Shown here piece by piece: positions 14,901-26,663 of a stretch of DNA of 64,000 bases. The DNA lies in assembly GCA_977030845.1 (NCBI GenBank), contig OZ365114.1, positions 24,428,001-24,492,000 on the forward strand, given 5' to 3'. The DNA comes from Fimbriosthenelais zetlandica. Taxonomy: Eukaryota. A model generated the notes under the pieces. The model was not told the origin of the DNA, ran no database searches, and saw only the letters and a list, made by a program, of their open reading frames with translations. Within the stretch, counting starts at the first letter, position 1. Each line of letters starts with the position of its first letter. A program made the position numbers and the translations under genes.

Positions 14901-17300
14901 TCTCTCATTCAGTACTCGCGCACGGCCTGCGTTTCGCCTCGACCTTCTTGCCTTCTATTTCCTATCAATTCCAAGGGCAAAACCAAGTATCCTGGTGTGG
15001 TCGTGTCTTTCATCCTGGCTGGTGTTTTAATCACTCTCTCCTGTTTGAACTTGTCTCTCCTCGGGGAGCTTTCAACTTCCTTTGATCAAGTTTGGATTAG
15101 TTCAAAAAAGGCAATCTTCTCCTTTAAATTAGGCTGCCTTGAGGTACTCAAAGAGCCAAATGAAAGAAAACGTATCTGATTATCATCAGAAATATGATAT
15201 CTATAGAGTCGTACAAAGCCAAATCTGTGTGGATATCTGAGCATCTGTGCTTATTCCGAAACGGATGGCCGAAATGGCAAGTTATTCAATGGCTATTTAA
15301 AATTAATTATATGTGCATAAAATTGTACTCAGGAATCAAATGAATATTTAATAGACCTAGCATAATTTGACATATCGCATCAATTCTGCCGTAATTATGG
15401 TGTTGATATGACCTGCATGGCAAAAAGCTTATAATTTGCGTGTTAAGCATTTCAACAGGCAACTTATTACAAGTGAGTGATCACTCAACGCTTTGCCCTT
15501 AAACTCTATTAGAATTTACGTAATGATTGTGCCACTTCCAATCACACTATGCTTGATGAATGTTTGAATAGATGCAATCCCCCTTGAATTTCAATTTCCA
15601 TAGAAACCTCTCATTACTAAAGGATTGCTGATCTCCCAGATTCAACCGTTTCAACAATGCTCTGTTTGCTAACAAAGCCCTCTTCCATCAATCTTCAGTC
15701 TCTGTTGAGAGGTTCACCTCCTCAACAAAGCTTCTAGATAGCCAACTTTGTCAAGAGAAAGAAGCATTTTTTTCACTGTCTACTGTACAGTGCATTATAA
15801 TCTTTTTTTTAAATTTCTTTCTGAACTTTCTCTGCATTCTGTTACTAAGTGTTAGTATGAACACTTAAATGTGCTTCCATATATAATGTTGTTATATGTT
15901 TAAATGCTGTTAGAATCCAGCTTTCAGGATAACAAATTTACCGTAGGGTAACAAGCTTGCATAAATCTGGTTAGCTTTTACATTTCGATCAGTCATTGAG
16001 TTTGCCTGATAGGGGTGTCATTTCCTACTACTATCTTGCAAAATGTCAAAGCAGTGACACCATAATAATACCCCATATATAGATTATAGTTCTCTACGAC
16101 AGGCCCTTGAGTGAGTTTCTTCTTTTTTTTCTCCTTTTTTTTAAGTTGTGATCGGATTAAAGATTTTAGGATGCACTTATAGTAATATAATATTTGTGGG
16201 GATGGATCCTTGAACTTAGCCAATCTTTAACCTCTCCCACCTTGGCCAATGGTGCCGAGTAGACATCATAGATGGACATAACCACTCAAGCTGTTAGAGG
16301 AGGCTCCCATCTTAACCCACTTTGCACTGCTTAATTGACCAGGCCAGCAATGTCCAGGCGTTATCAGTGGAAATATTTCAAAGATCCATCATCCTTCTTA
16401 CTGGTCTTGGGCGTTCCTCAATGGAAGGCTAAATCCCGCCACAGTCTCTTAGCAAGCTTGACTCAAGACGAACGAGGAGAGTAATGATGCCTGAAGGCGG
16501 GGCTTCTTTTGTAATCATTTTTCAGAAGAGATGGAACGGCCCCCAGAGATGTTCTGTTATGGGCTGGACTCCAGAAAATAGTGCCATCATGACTGTCGTT
16601 CCCCCGGAATAGTCCAACGACAACGACTCCCAATAATAGGGTATGAAAGAAATCCCAATCTGTGAATAAGGTCTCCCGCCACTACCACACTGATCTTAAA
16701 GAAAGAGGCTTGAATATGGTGAAAAATAGTAGCCAAATGTTAAGCTTTGTGATCTTTAAGAGAGTGATGAGCGGGGCTTATTGGGCCTATTTCTCCGAGC
16801 TACTAGATTTATTGGTGTGTCAGTTAATGTGTGAAAGAGATTGGTCACAGAGAAGGCCCCCGTGGCATATTCTTTTTTCTATGGGGCTAGATTGTCTTTG
16901 TCCACGTGAACATAATGGATTATAGAGGGTCACCTCGTATGAGGTTGCAAAGGATGAATCTCCTGATCACGTTTTCATGTATACATTAAAAGCTAGATCT
17001 CTCTCGAAAAAAAGAGAATCGCTGAAGCCTGCTCGTGCATTCAGTGTTCAGGCTTCCAATGAATAAAATTTTTCTTTTTACAGTCCGTGCATGTACGGGG
17101 AAAATCTACTGGATTGGAAAAATTAAGTAGATATAATTACCCATTCATTTTCCATGCAATTCGTTATTGATATATCTCTAAAATGCTATATTTTTTCAGG
17201 GAAATATTTTTTTAGACCGTACGCAAGTATGAAGTAACTCAGACTTTAAAGTATATTATTTATATCCATTGTATTTGCTAATGATTTTCCATCCCTAAGT

Positions 17301-17345
17301 CTTGTTCACTTATATACCTTATATCCCTTGTTCACTTATATACCT
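17301..17345. repeat. Two-copy duplication, period 26
   Basis: CTTGTTCACTTATATACCT at 17301-17319 and 17327-17345. Confidence 0.9.
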
Positions 17346-18819
17346 CTATGTCTAAGTTAGATCTATAAAGACAGCAGTATTTGCTGCCTCATCAGATCTC
17401 CCCAAGTAAAGCGACCCTCTGCCTGCAATAATTATACACATGGATTAGGTGTTTGATATGGTAAAGGGTCATTACTGAAAGAGGGGCTTAGAACTTTATA
17501 AGGTCGTTCTGGGTCTTTACTCTGTCAGTCCTTCAATGAGGCTTTGCTCCCTCAAGGGATTCATCTTTGCCAAAGCCACCCATACTGGCAGTGTTGATGA
17601 GGGGAATATTATCTTTCACGGGACCACTTTATCTCTTTTAATCTAGATAATCAATGTTGCAGCCCACACAACATTTTATGGGCATAATAGATCAGGAGCA
17701 CTAGTAGGTCTCTACAGCTCTAATATGGGGATAGAAGGGCTTCTATTAAGCCAGGCAGTAGCACGAACATCAAATGAGGCATGGGTATATAAGAGATGGT
17801 TCTCCACCTTGCTGAATACTCCTCCTTAAATCCATTGTCTTCATTCTTTCTTTTTATTTAAAACATTTTTGTTTAAAACCATGCCATCTCTAGTGTCCTT
17901 GCGAAAATAAATAGGTTGATTTTAAAACGAAAGTGGGGAATGAAATTTGATATTGGGGAAATTCCTTTTTACCGGAGTTCCCGTGTCACTTGCATACAAA
18001 AAAAATTCCAGCTTAAAATAGAAATTCCACTAGTACCATTAGCCTGAATAAAAATTCAAAAGGTTAACGCTAGTCATAATGTCTCCTATGTTTCCTGTTA
18101 TTACGTAACCTGAACATTGCAACGATATAGGGACATTCTATACTATGAAGATAGTAAGAAAAGTAACACGAGCAGTGGCTGGTCTTAATATAGTCTTACT
18201 TTCTTTATATCTCATAATACAGAAGTTATCCCTTACTGTTATGAAAATGTGGCAAACTGTTCTGTGAAAGCCCCAGGCATACATATATATACATTCTCCA
18301 ATTCCCCTTATAAGGACAAAAGAGTCGCAGATGATGGGACTTCATTATGATCACATATCCACCATTGTTGCTAAGATTGACTAAGCCCTGATAGAGGCCT
18401 GGGAAACCTCATCTCTCGGGTCATCATCGACATACAATTTGACATGGTCGAAGGCCTTTCAAACTTGACTGACGGACAATGAGATTAGACGAGCTGGTAA
18501 AAGTATATTCACGTCTTCTTGGTGTAGATTTGGGGAACACTTCCTGAGTCGTGATGAGTCTGGTAGAGAGATGCCATTCTGTCCTAATGAGCCATTAGGC
18601 TGGAGGAAGGCTTTAATTGTATCCGCTTACACCGGAATCTTGAATTATCAGTACTTGCATGACAAGGCCTCTTTTTATGTGATAGAGGACCAATTGCATA
18701 TATATACAGCTTCCGCACTGTCTTAAATAATCATCATTGACATTCATGCAAATGTCTGTTAAGGACAACACATGTACATGCATGCATATTTAAACTATCA
18801 ATGAAACACATTGAGTAGG

Positions 18820-19194
18820 GTAGTACTGAACACCGAAATGGACCAAAGCAAATAGAAAACGAGAACAGATGACCCTGGACAGGGAAATAATAACGCTTTG
18901 TTTGTCCATGTACACACTACGGGTGTTATCATGACGTCCGTGACTTTGATGTCCGTCACCATCCACACGGACATCAGGGTACTTGGGGGTAATGGATATC
19001 ATGGTGACGGACATCATGGTCAAGAACATGGATGGCAACGGACATAATGGTAACGTACATCATGGTCAAGAATTCAACAAATCTATAAGTAGATATAGTG
19101 GATTGTAATGGACATCATGGTAATGTTTATAGTTCTTTCTATCCATTTTCGCAAGGGTCCTAGTCTGTTCGTCCATTTTGGTGTTTAGTACTAC
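18820..19194. mobile_element. Non-autonomous DNA transposon (MITE or foldback-like) with 24-bp TIRs
   Basis: Left end 18820-18843 GTAGTACTGAACACCGAAATGGAC matches the reverse complement of 19171-19194, GTAGTACTAAACACCAAAATGGAC, at 22/24. The internal repeats are inverted about the centre. No clear TSD. Confidence 0.72.
18928..19121. repeat. 15-bp motif (NACGGACATCATGGT) array inside the MITE
   Basis: Forward copies at 18966, 18991, 19006, 19037, 19052 and 19107, and reverse copies at about 18928-18956. There is a perfect 16-bp inverted repeat, 18947-18962 versus 19001-19016. Confidence 0.85.
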
Positions 19195-20238
19195 TTCCAT
19201 GAATACATGTACTGTTTTAAATTGGTGGTCCATATATAATGTGTGGAATGTTTTGTAATAGGTCTGTTAAGGATATGTACATGAAGTAGGCTACCCACAA
19301 CTCTGCACCGGAATTAGTGAAGATAGTTTACATTTTATAGATGTGAAGATGTCTTCAGGGCACTTTAGGATATTCCTCTATAACTTGCAAATCCAAATGT
19401 TTGTTTTGTAGGTGGAATGTATTCTGAAGCACGTCTCCAATCAAGTGGTGCATTTAGAACATTCTCATATGACCAAGATGGCTTTGCATATACTTAGTAT
19501 TCACATGTCTCTGCCACTTCCAAATGCCGGGAATGCATTACGAACATGAAAAATCAGTACACAGGTAGCTGCAAACCAAACAAACTTAACGTTCTTTCCT
19601 TTGAATACCAGTTAAGAAATTAATCTTATAAAAGAGGACATAAATATGGAAGCTGGGTAAAGTTGGTGGGGTACGTGCTAATTTCTTTAATCCAGTCCAA
19701 GGTCATATAAAGAAAGATACTAGAAAGATCTAGAATGAAGACCAGGTCTAGAAAGTGACTATCCTCAGGAATGTGATACTCTCTGAATCGAGGTAGAGGG
19801 AATCGTTTAATTTCATGAATACTAAATAGGCACATCTATAATTGATGGGTTGATGGCTGGGAGACAGCAGGCCTAGAACAAGGCATCCCACCTGTATCCT
19901 AAGAAACTGTTGGCAGCCCTTCAATCCTTCATTGTACGTTCTTCAAAAGGATCCTGCTTGTTGACAGAATGAAAATGCCAGGCTATTGTGCTATCAACTT
20001 TTCCAGGGAGATATACTTCGAATTCCCCTGATCTACATTCTAAACCACCACGTAGGCAACCCCCTATAGTTTCTCAATAGTTCCGCCACCCAAACCATCA
20101 CACATTCACACACAGTATATACACCAATGTGGAGACAGGAAGTCAGATCAGTGACCATCCTGAGAACCTATTGCCTAGCTCGCTTTATAAATAAATTTGA
20201 ATTCCATCTAACTGATTTATTTCCTTTTTTACTTACAG

Positions 20239-20349
20239 ATATTTGCCTCGCCTCCCAGCCTCGTCATCTTTAATGGAGGCTGTCTGGTCCGGACGACGTC
20301 CCTGCGTCACTTCCGGCCGACACGCCTGGGGTGAAGCTAAACAAAGGTC
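20239..20349 (+). other. 5' UTR portion of the same internal exon
   Basis: CTAAC branch-point match at 20208-20212, then TTTATTTCCTTTTTTACTTACAG with AG at 20237-20238. The exon is locally CpG-rich compared with its flanks. Confidence 0.55.
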
Positions 20350-20365
20350 ATGGTCAAGGTCATGA
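20273..20365 (+). other. Upstream ORF (30 aa, MEAVWSGRRPCVTSGRHAWGEAKQRSWSRS) overlapping the main start
   Basis: ATG 20273 is out of frame with ATG 20350. Its TGA (20363-20365) overlaps the second in-frame ATG (20362-20364) as ATGA. Confidence 0.4.
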
Positions 20366-20449
20366 CGACTGTACAGAACCTGCTCTCGCCACGCCATCTG
20401 TTGTCAGTATTGACAGTCATTCTTACCTCCTGCGCCTCCCTTGTCACCG
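20350..20449 (+). CDS. First coding exon of a probable secreted or membrane protein (signal-peptide-like MVKVMTTVQNLLSPRHLLSVLTVILTSCASLVT, followed by a phase-1 intron)
   Basis: ATG 20350 is in strong context (G at -3, G at +4), with an in-frame TGA upstream at 20332-20334. There are 33 codons plus 1 nt, then CCG|GTAAGC (GT at 20450-20451). The hydrophobic core LLSVLTVIL is followed by small residues (SCASLVT). A phase-1 intron after a signal-peptide exon is a common animal gene architecture. Downstream exons were not identified. Confidence 0.55.
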
Positions 20450-23400
20450 GTAAGCAGTTCATTTTACCCCAATACTCTTGGTAATTCATTCTCCTGGGTA
20501 ATGGATGGACTTATTTAATGAAATTCTGATAAACAAATTGTTATTGAAAAGGCAAATTGACGCCAATCATTTGAAACGCCAGCCCCAGTCAAAGACTTTT
20601 TATTTCTGACCTCGGATCATGCAGGACGGATGGTTTAAATTTCGCTGGCAATTTAAATTTGGACACCTGTGGAAAACTAAAAAGAAAATGCTAATCGCAT
20701 TTGAACGTTTTTAGGATTATTATCGATCGTTTGAAATCATAAGCCCATTCTGAAGGGCTGAGAAATAAATGCTTGTCAATTTTAAGACAGAGTAGAAGAA
20801 GAAACATAGGCATATGTACAGAGCTGTCCATATGTTTTTATTTTCCATATCAAATCTGGTCTGGCAGATATAGCTATACAGAACTAGCCACAGTCGAGGT
20901 TGGTGTTATTTTTGCCCTATATGAAACATAATTATATGAGAGGTAGATATATATCTATACCAGACTATAGTGGACGCCTGCAGTGGGTTCAGATATCCTA
21001 CATTGATAATGAACCCTGGCAGATTGACTCCAGTATCAGATACTAATACAACATGAGCTATTTCTCTATACCATAGCTCTCCATCTCTCACCTCCAGTCA
21101 GTGTACTAAAACACCCTCATTGAAGTCACATTTGCATGCGTGAAATCCTATTTTCCTGTTTTGGTCAATTTAGTCAACTCAATTATGTATTCTTCAATGA
21201 TTTTTATCATTGAAAATAGAATCACTGCAAATGAGTTTTGGGTATTATGTGTTGTTGTAAATACAAACATCTTCCAACGTGAAATTATTTGCAATAGATG
21301 ATTTTACTTAGATTATTTTGCGTGAAATTCCTTTGAGAGAGAAAAGCCAGCAGTGTAGCTGGTACCTTGGGTGTGGCGGATTTACTTGATGGAGCTGTCT
21401 GCCTCGTGCTGTGTTAACATTTCTCATCTCAGTCATTCTCCCATGAAGGCAAATGGTGTCTTACAATATGTACTTAGCCTGTGTTTTACCCTACTTGATT
21501 GGTCTCTAATGGAAGGAGGGTGATATGTCGTGCAAGGAACTGGTTCTTCCCATTCGATGTGGGGGGAATATCCTACTTCTGTAGGATTCTCTGATTGATA
21601 GACTTCTGCACTGATAAGTGACTGAGCCCAGTAGGTACCTTAGGGGAACAGTTTTATAGCTTTGTTATCTTTTCGAAGAATAGTTGATGAGCTTTGCATG
21701 GATGGTGTCACCAGACGTCCCCGACAACGAAGTGGATAGTTAATTCACCACATCCTCTTGTTGGCTGGGAAGCTGGATAACACATCTGTAAATTAAAGTA
21801 CCTAAATGAAAGTGGCAAATTAGTTTGTTGTCCATGTAAATTTAATCATAAAACCAAGGCTAGTACTGAATAGACAAATGTAGTGTGAGTATATCAAATT
21901 GTGAGGTTCAGCTGCCATTATGTTGCCGCTGAGTTGTTAAGAACTGTACGTGGGATATTAATTGCACTTGGAGGCCATACATCCCCAGAAGTCCCAGAAG
22001 AGCTCTCTCCATCCTCTATAGGCCAGTGGAATAGAACATTAATTGATATTGATTCACGAGGAGCTTCTAAACATGCCTTTTTAACCAGCTACTCTGATAG
22101 CTGATGGTAAAACTAAGAGCCTGATAAGAGTTTCCAATGGCTTTTTTCACGGACGACTCTAAGCTCTCTCGCTCTTGCAGTGTCCCCTCTCTCTTTGGCA
22201 GCGCCCTGATTCCTGTCGTTAAATGGATTTAAAAGGGTTTTAATTGATTCACATTCGAGTTTCCTTTCGTTCTGTGCTAGGTTTGGATTCCCAACTTGAG
22301 GTAGCCACTGTGATATTAGGTACCGATTTACTTGAATGGACCGTTCACACAAATGGGCTATCCGCCTATTTGGTTTGCTCTTCCGTGTTGGCATCCTGGG
22401 GAAATATAAAACAGTACAAGTGATGTGTATGTCTGAATTCCACCGCAATGGGGCAGACAGGATGGCAGACTATCTAACCAACCAATTTCATAATTATTAA
22501 CAGTTTTGATAGCTTCTACAAGCAAGTCTTTTTACGTTCTGTGTTTGCTACATCGGCCCATTAACAGGAACGAACTTGCAGTCAGTATTTATTAAACAAA
22601 CAAGGAATACAGAACCAAATAACAACGGATAAGAATGAAGAGAAAGAGAAAGTGGATTATCCATGTAGGTGGGCCAGACTATCTTCTGTCTGCCTTGGTT
22701 CTACGGTAAAAAATACCTATCAGGGGCTTAGGCCATTACAGAGCTGATATATGCTTCCCCGGAGGTACGGTGTGTCGTTGTAAAAGATAAAATCCTGCCG
22801 GCCCGGGCCACCATGTTCTATCCCTGTATTATCATTTGGACCAATATTTCCTTCCCTATCATGATAAGCTAACTCTCATCCATCAATTTAAGGATGAAGA
22901 GCCTGCGATTTTTAATATTTTAACGCGTCTGCAAAGCCGAGCATCTATGTTAGATAGTTATAGACTTAATCCCTGTGAATATTGATCTTTTCCATATCAC
23001 CTCAATGTTTTTGATAGGTAATTTTGGCCATGACATTCATTGTGTCGGCAGTAAATGCAAATCGTCCAAACACATAGATCTAATCTGTTTTATTTGGCTT
23101 TTTGTATACGTTACTAACCACACCAGGGCAGGGCATTTTGAGCGGGCAGATTAGTTTAATTTTCAGAGCAAACTCTATTGTTTTTTTAAATGTTCTTTTA
23201 TTAAATGTTCACTCAGCTTATGTTATATTTGTTTCAAGGCTAGTAGATCTAAATTGTAGTTGATCATTGTGATATAATCATTGTCTGCCTGTCATTTGAT
23301 AAGGGGGTCAACGTCAATGAGGATACAGCTAGCAAAGCAATCCTCTATGTAACCTTTTTGATACCGTAATGGTGCTGTCATGTTTAAATCTGATAAACTA

Positions 23401-23619
23401 TCAGGCCCCCATTACAGACAATATAAATTACCACTGACAGAACTCTCTACAGTAAATTAAGGATGAATTGTCTGGTGAGAATATGTTTTCTGACATCTAG
23501 CTGCCATCATGGTGTCTGTAAGGACTTCTTTCATGGTCTTCCCTTCCTAGTTTTACAAATACAATATTTATCAGTTGAACTGATATGAATATGGTGAACA
23601 GTAAACACAGGAGAGTATG

Positions 23620-24132
23620 AATACTTGGCCAAACCCCCGAGTCTCCCACAATCCGACAACCATCATCAGACTGGCCCAGTTTGTTTTTACCAGCATGATA
23701 CCATTAAGTATTGAGAATTGGAGGGGACTACAGTTTGAAAATGACAAGAAAAGATTTCCCATTGTTGGTACCGAGCAGTTCGGTCATTATAAAAGCTTCG
23801 GAATTGGCTTTCATAATGGAAAGCAATCTGCCTCTTGAAAGGATTACTCAAATGTTTATGTCAGAGAAAATAATGATGAAGACAATAACAATTATCTTCT
23901 TGATATTAAACCAGATAATAATAGGCGCAATTTTGAGAGTGAAATTAAAGTCAATCTTATTGAATGTTATCCTGATTCCCTCTGAATGCCTCATCTGGGG
24001 ATTTGTTTCGGTTACATAAAGTATGCTTGCTCTTATTTCAAACTCAACTTTCAGCCTCAGTTTTATCCATGCATGGAGAGCTTGCGTTAAAGATTTAAGA
24101 CTGCTATTTGAAATGGTCATATTTCCCCACAT
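23620..24132 (-). pseudogene. Possible highly decayed APE-type endonuclease of a non-LTR retrotransposon (CR1/L2-like)
   Basis: One minus frame holds, in the expected order, SNSSLKSL, SILYVTETNPQ (TET 24004-24012), SRGRLLSIMK, SFLVIFKL*SPP and RIVGDSGVWPSI (IVGD 23641-23652), with 3 stops. These resemble the APE motifs N..SL.NK, DII.VTET, RG...Y.K, L.G..YRSP and I.GDFN.P.I. An Ile-rich stretch does not fit. By-eye only. Confidence 0.3.
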
Positions 24133-24452
24133 AGTTCATTTTCCCATCTTTCCACCTAGGAACAATGTTTTCCCTCCCTGTTTAGATCAGGGAGATGACA
24201 AATTATGAGATAAATGACCAAAATCGCCTTGCTTCTATTTGGAAATTGATTTCTTCTCGTGCTTTTAATCCAATCATGTGCTCGGTTTGATTTATGGCGG
24301 CTGCCTCTCGGTTTCTTCGCCTGTTAGATTTGTAAGCAGATGATTTTTGCTTCAGGGAGCCGGGATACACAAAGTCAGGATTACCACGTCTCTTGACGTC
24401 CATATTTTATACCAGCTATCAGGAATATGAAGGTTACTCCCTAATGACTTAC

Positions 24453-24515
24453 CTGGCGTCAGATTAGCTTAACCAAACATTATTATCAATAAAGGTTGAC
24501 TTGGGTCACTGAACC
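24453..24515 (-). other. Candidate 63-nt non-coding exon
   Basis: On the minus strand, the acceptor is CCTTTCCTTTCTTCCTGTCCAG and the donor is a perfect CAG|GTAAGT. All three frames contain stops. Confidence 0.3.
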
Positions 24516-26630
24516 CTGGACAGGAAGAAAGGAAAGGCTACTGTGTAATGCACACTGGCCATTTCTAAGAAAAACCATTGCTTAAAATGGCACCCAATAT
24601 GAAAAAAACGTGGCTCAAAACGAGTGCAGTTTCTTTGATCCCCTGAGTGAGCATATTTTATGTCATTTGTTAATGATCATCATATTTGTCCTGTGTTAAA
24701 TGATCAGAGGTTCAGAGTTTTTTCTTTCTCATTAAAATCAGTGAGATGATTCTCAAAATTGTTATCTCTGCCATGTAAAAGGGTTTCTTCATTCAATTAT
24801 TTGGAGATTAATTTTCTTTTGATGAGATAGTTGAGGAAAGTTAGAAACTTTCCTTCTGAAGTCTCTTTTTATCTACATTATCAATGCTATTTTTTTCTGG
24901 AGGGTTTTTAACATTTTTAACATTAAGAATTGACACAAGAAGTGCAGCGTGGGCACACTGATTAATCATGGCTGAGATGCTTCAACATGAGAAATACAAA
25001 AACAAAAAAAACATTATGTTGCGATTGAAGTTCAGAGTGCATTACTGACTATTATCTCTCAAAATAATCGTCATTGTTGTATGTGCTACTTTTAGTGATG
25101 CTGTTGGAAACATATACCTTTTATGCCTTCAGTATAAATCACTTATAACTTATGTCCTTGGAACTCCTTATTTCTGACTTTGGTTTAACCTTCGCTAAAC
25201 TGGCTTTCAATTGTCAAGAGGAGAGTATGGATTGAGAAAGGCTCCTGTGGAGGGTGACCATTACTGTAGTGTAGTGCATGGCTAAGTAGCCTTGTTACCT
25301 TGATTCTTCTCTGTATATACTCTCCACCATCTCCTATTCAAAGCTGCACATCACACTTAACCATTACCGAGCAGATGACTGTTTATTCCTGACACAACTT
25401 GGAGCAGATTGTAGCGTGATTTATTGCTCGTATACACTCAGACATCATGCTAAGCAGAGAGGTGACGGCAAATCGCTTGCTTTTCAAACCCTTCTGTCTG
25501 GGCTGCCACCTGTGTCAGGTCATCCATTTATAAATGCTTTACTTAATAGTCTATGGGCCCTGGCAAATGGAACCAATTCAAGAGGATCTGAATCATATGC
25601 ATGGCAGTCCGATTATGCATGGTATTGCTCCACTTAAAAGCAATAAATCAATGCGCTTTCCCCATATAGCTACATAGAAGGTCAGGTTTGGGTTGAGGCT
25701 TTGGCCTTTAAAATTAACATCATGGCTGTGTTAACTCTTGCCAGTGCCTACTTTCCAAGTCATGACACTCGGTGACATAAACACCGTATTAAAGGGGCAA
25801 TAGGCTTAGTTTTAGTGTCAGATTAAACATTCGGTGCAATCCAGGGTTTAGAGTCTGAGCTTTGGTTGATTGCTATAGATTCATATGCTTACATACATTA
25901 TTATGTTGTAGAGGACAGATCACGGCTGAATGATGACTGACTGTCACACTATATAGCGTATGTCTATGGTATTTACCCTTTCTATGGGCCTATCCAATAG
26001 TCTAATAGAAGATCTGAACTCTTCCAGTAGTCCCACGTAGTCTTCCTGGAGGAAAGTTCTTGTAAGTTTGGCATTTTTAGACGCTTAGAAATATTACTTT
26101 TGCAATTCGGCATTAATTCTGCTTGAATTTTTACTGGGGATTTTAGTCTTCTTTGAGGACGGGTCATGTTGCGTTCTATAATTGAAGCCAATTCCCTGTT
26201 CATCCAAGTCTGTGCAATCAAACCTCATCCAACAGTGAAACATCCCCCACTAGCCATGCAATTCAGTGGCGCAAAAAGTATTGGAAATCTCTTGAAAAGT
26301 GGCTGTTATGTTAGAAAAAGACCAAATCTCCCGGAGGAATATACTTCCAATGGGTGGATTAGAGGCTTTGGATCTATAGATCTACCCACTAGGATATCTT
26401 AGGAAATCAAGAAAGCCCTCGCTGACACACTGAGGGAGGGTGAATTTTCTCCAGTGTCACAACCACTGACCTTGTTCTTTCACCGATTTCCCACTTGGCC
26501 GGCTCCTCAGGCCCAAGTTGAGCGGCTATGGCCTTAGAAAGATTGGGGGAGTAGAGTCAGCATCTCGTGTTTGGAGATATATAGACGAGCTTTTATTGGT
26601 TCAGTGTGCTCAGAATGATGCCCCTCCTGA

Positions 26631-26663
26631 AATATAAGCATAGTTGCAATATAAGCATAGTTG
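26631..26663. repeat. Two-copy duplication, period 17
   Basis: AATATAAGCATAGTTG at 26631-26646 and 26648-26663. Confidence 0.9.

Noticed and set aside
14757-15179. 140-aa hydrophobic + strand ORF that looks like a membrane protein
   Set aside because: It has a GTG start and is explained as the antisense shadow of a purine-rich minus-strand tract. No recognisable TM family.
18790-19038. 82-aa minus ORF (MTMMSVTMIS...GHQSHGRH)
   Set aside because: It is a by-product of the 15-bp repeat array in the MITE.
24447-24457. ACTTACCTGGC, identical to the U1 snRNA 5' end
   Set aside because: The match stops after 11 nt, with no U1 stem-loops or Sm site. It is simply the complement of a 5' splice site.
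26572-26601. WRYIDELLLV resembling the RT YxDD box (Penelope/DIRS)
   Set aside because: The second catalytic Asp is Glu and the flanking RT motifs are absent or out of frame.
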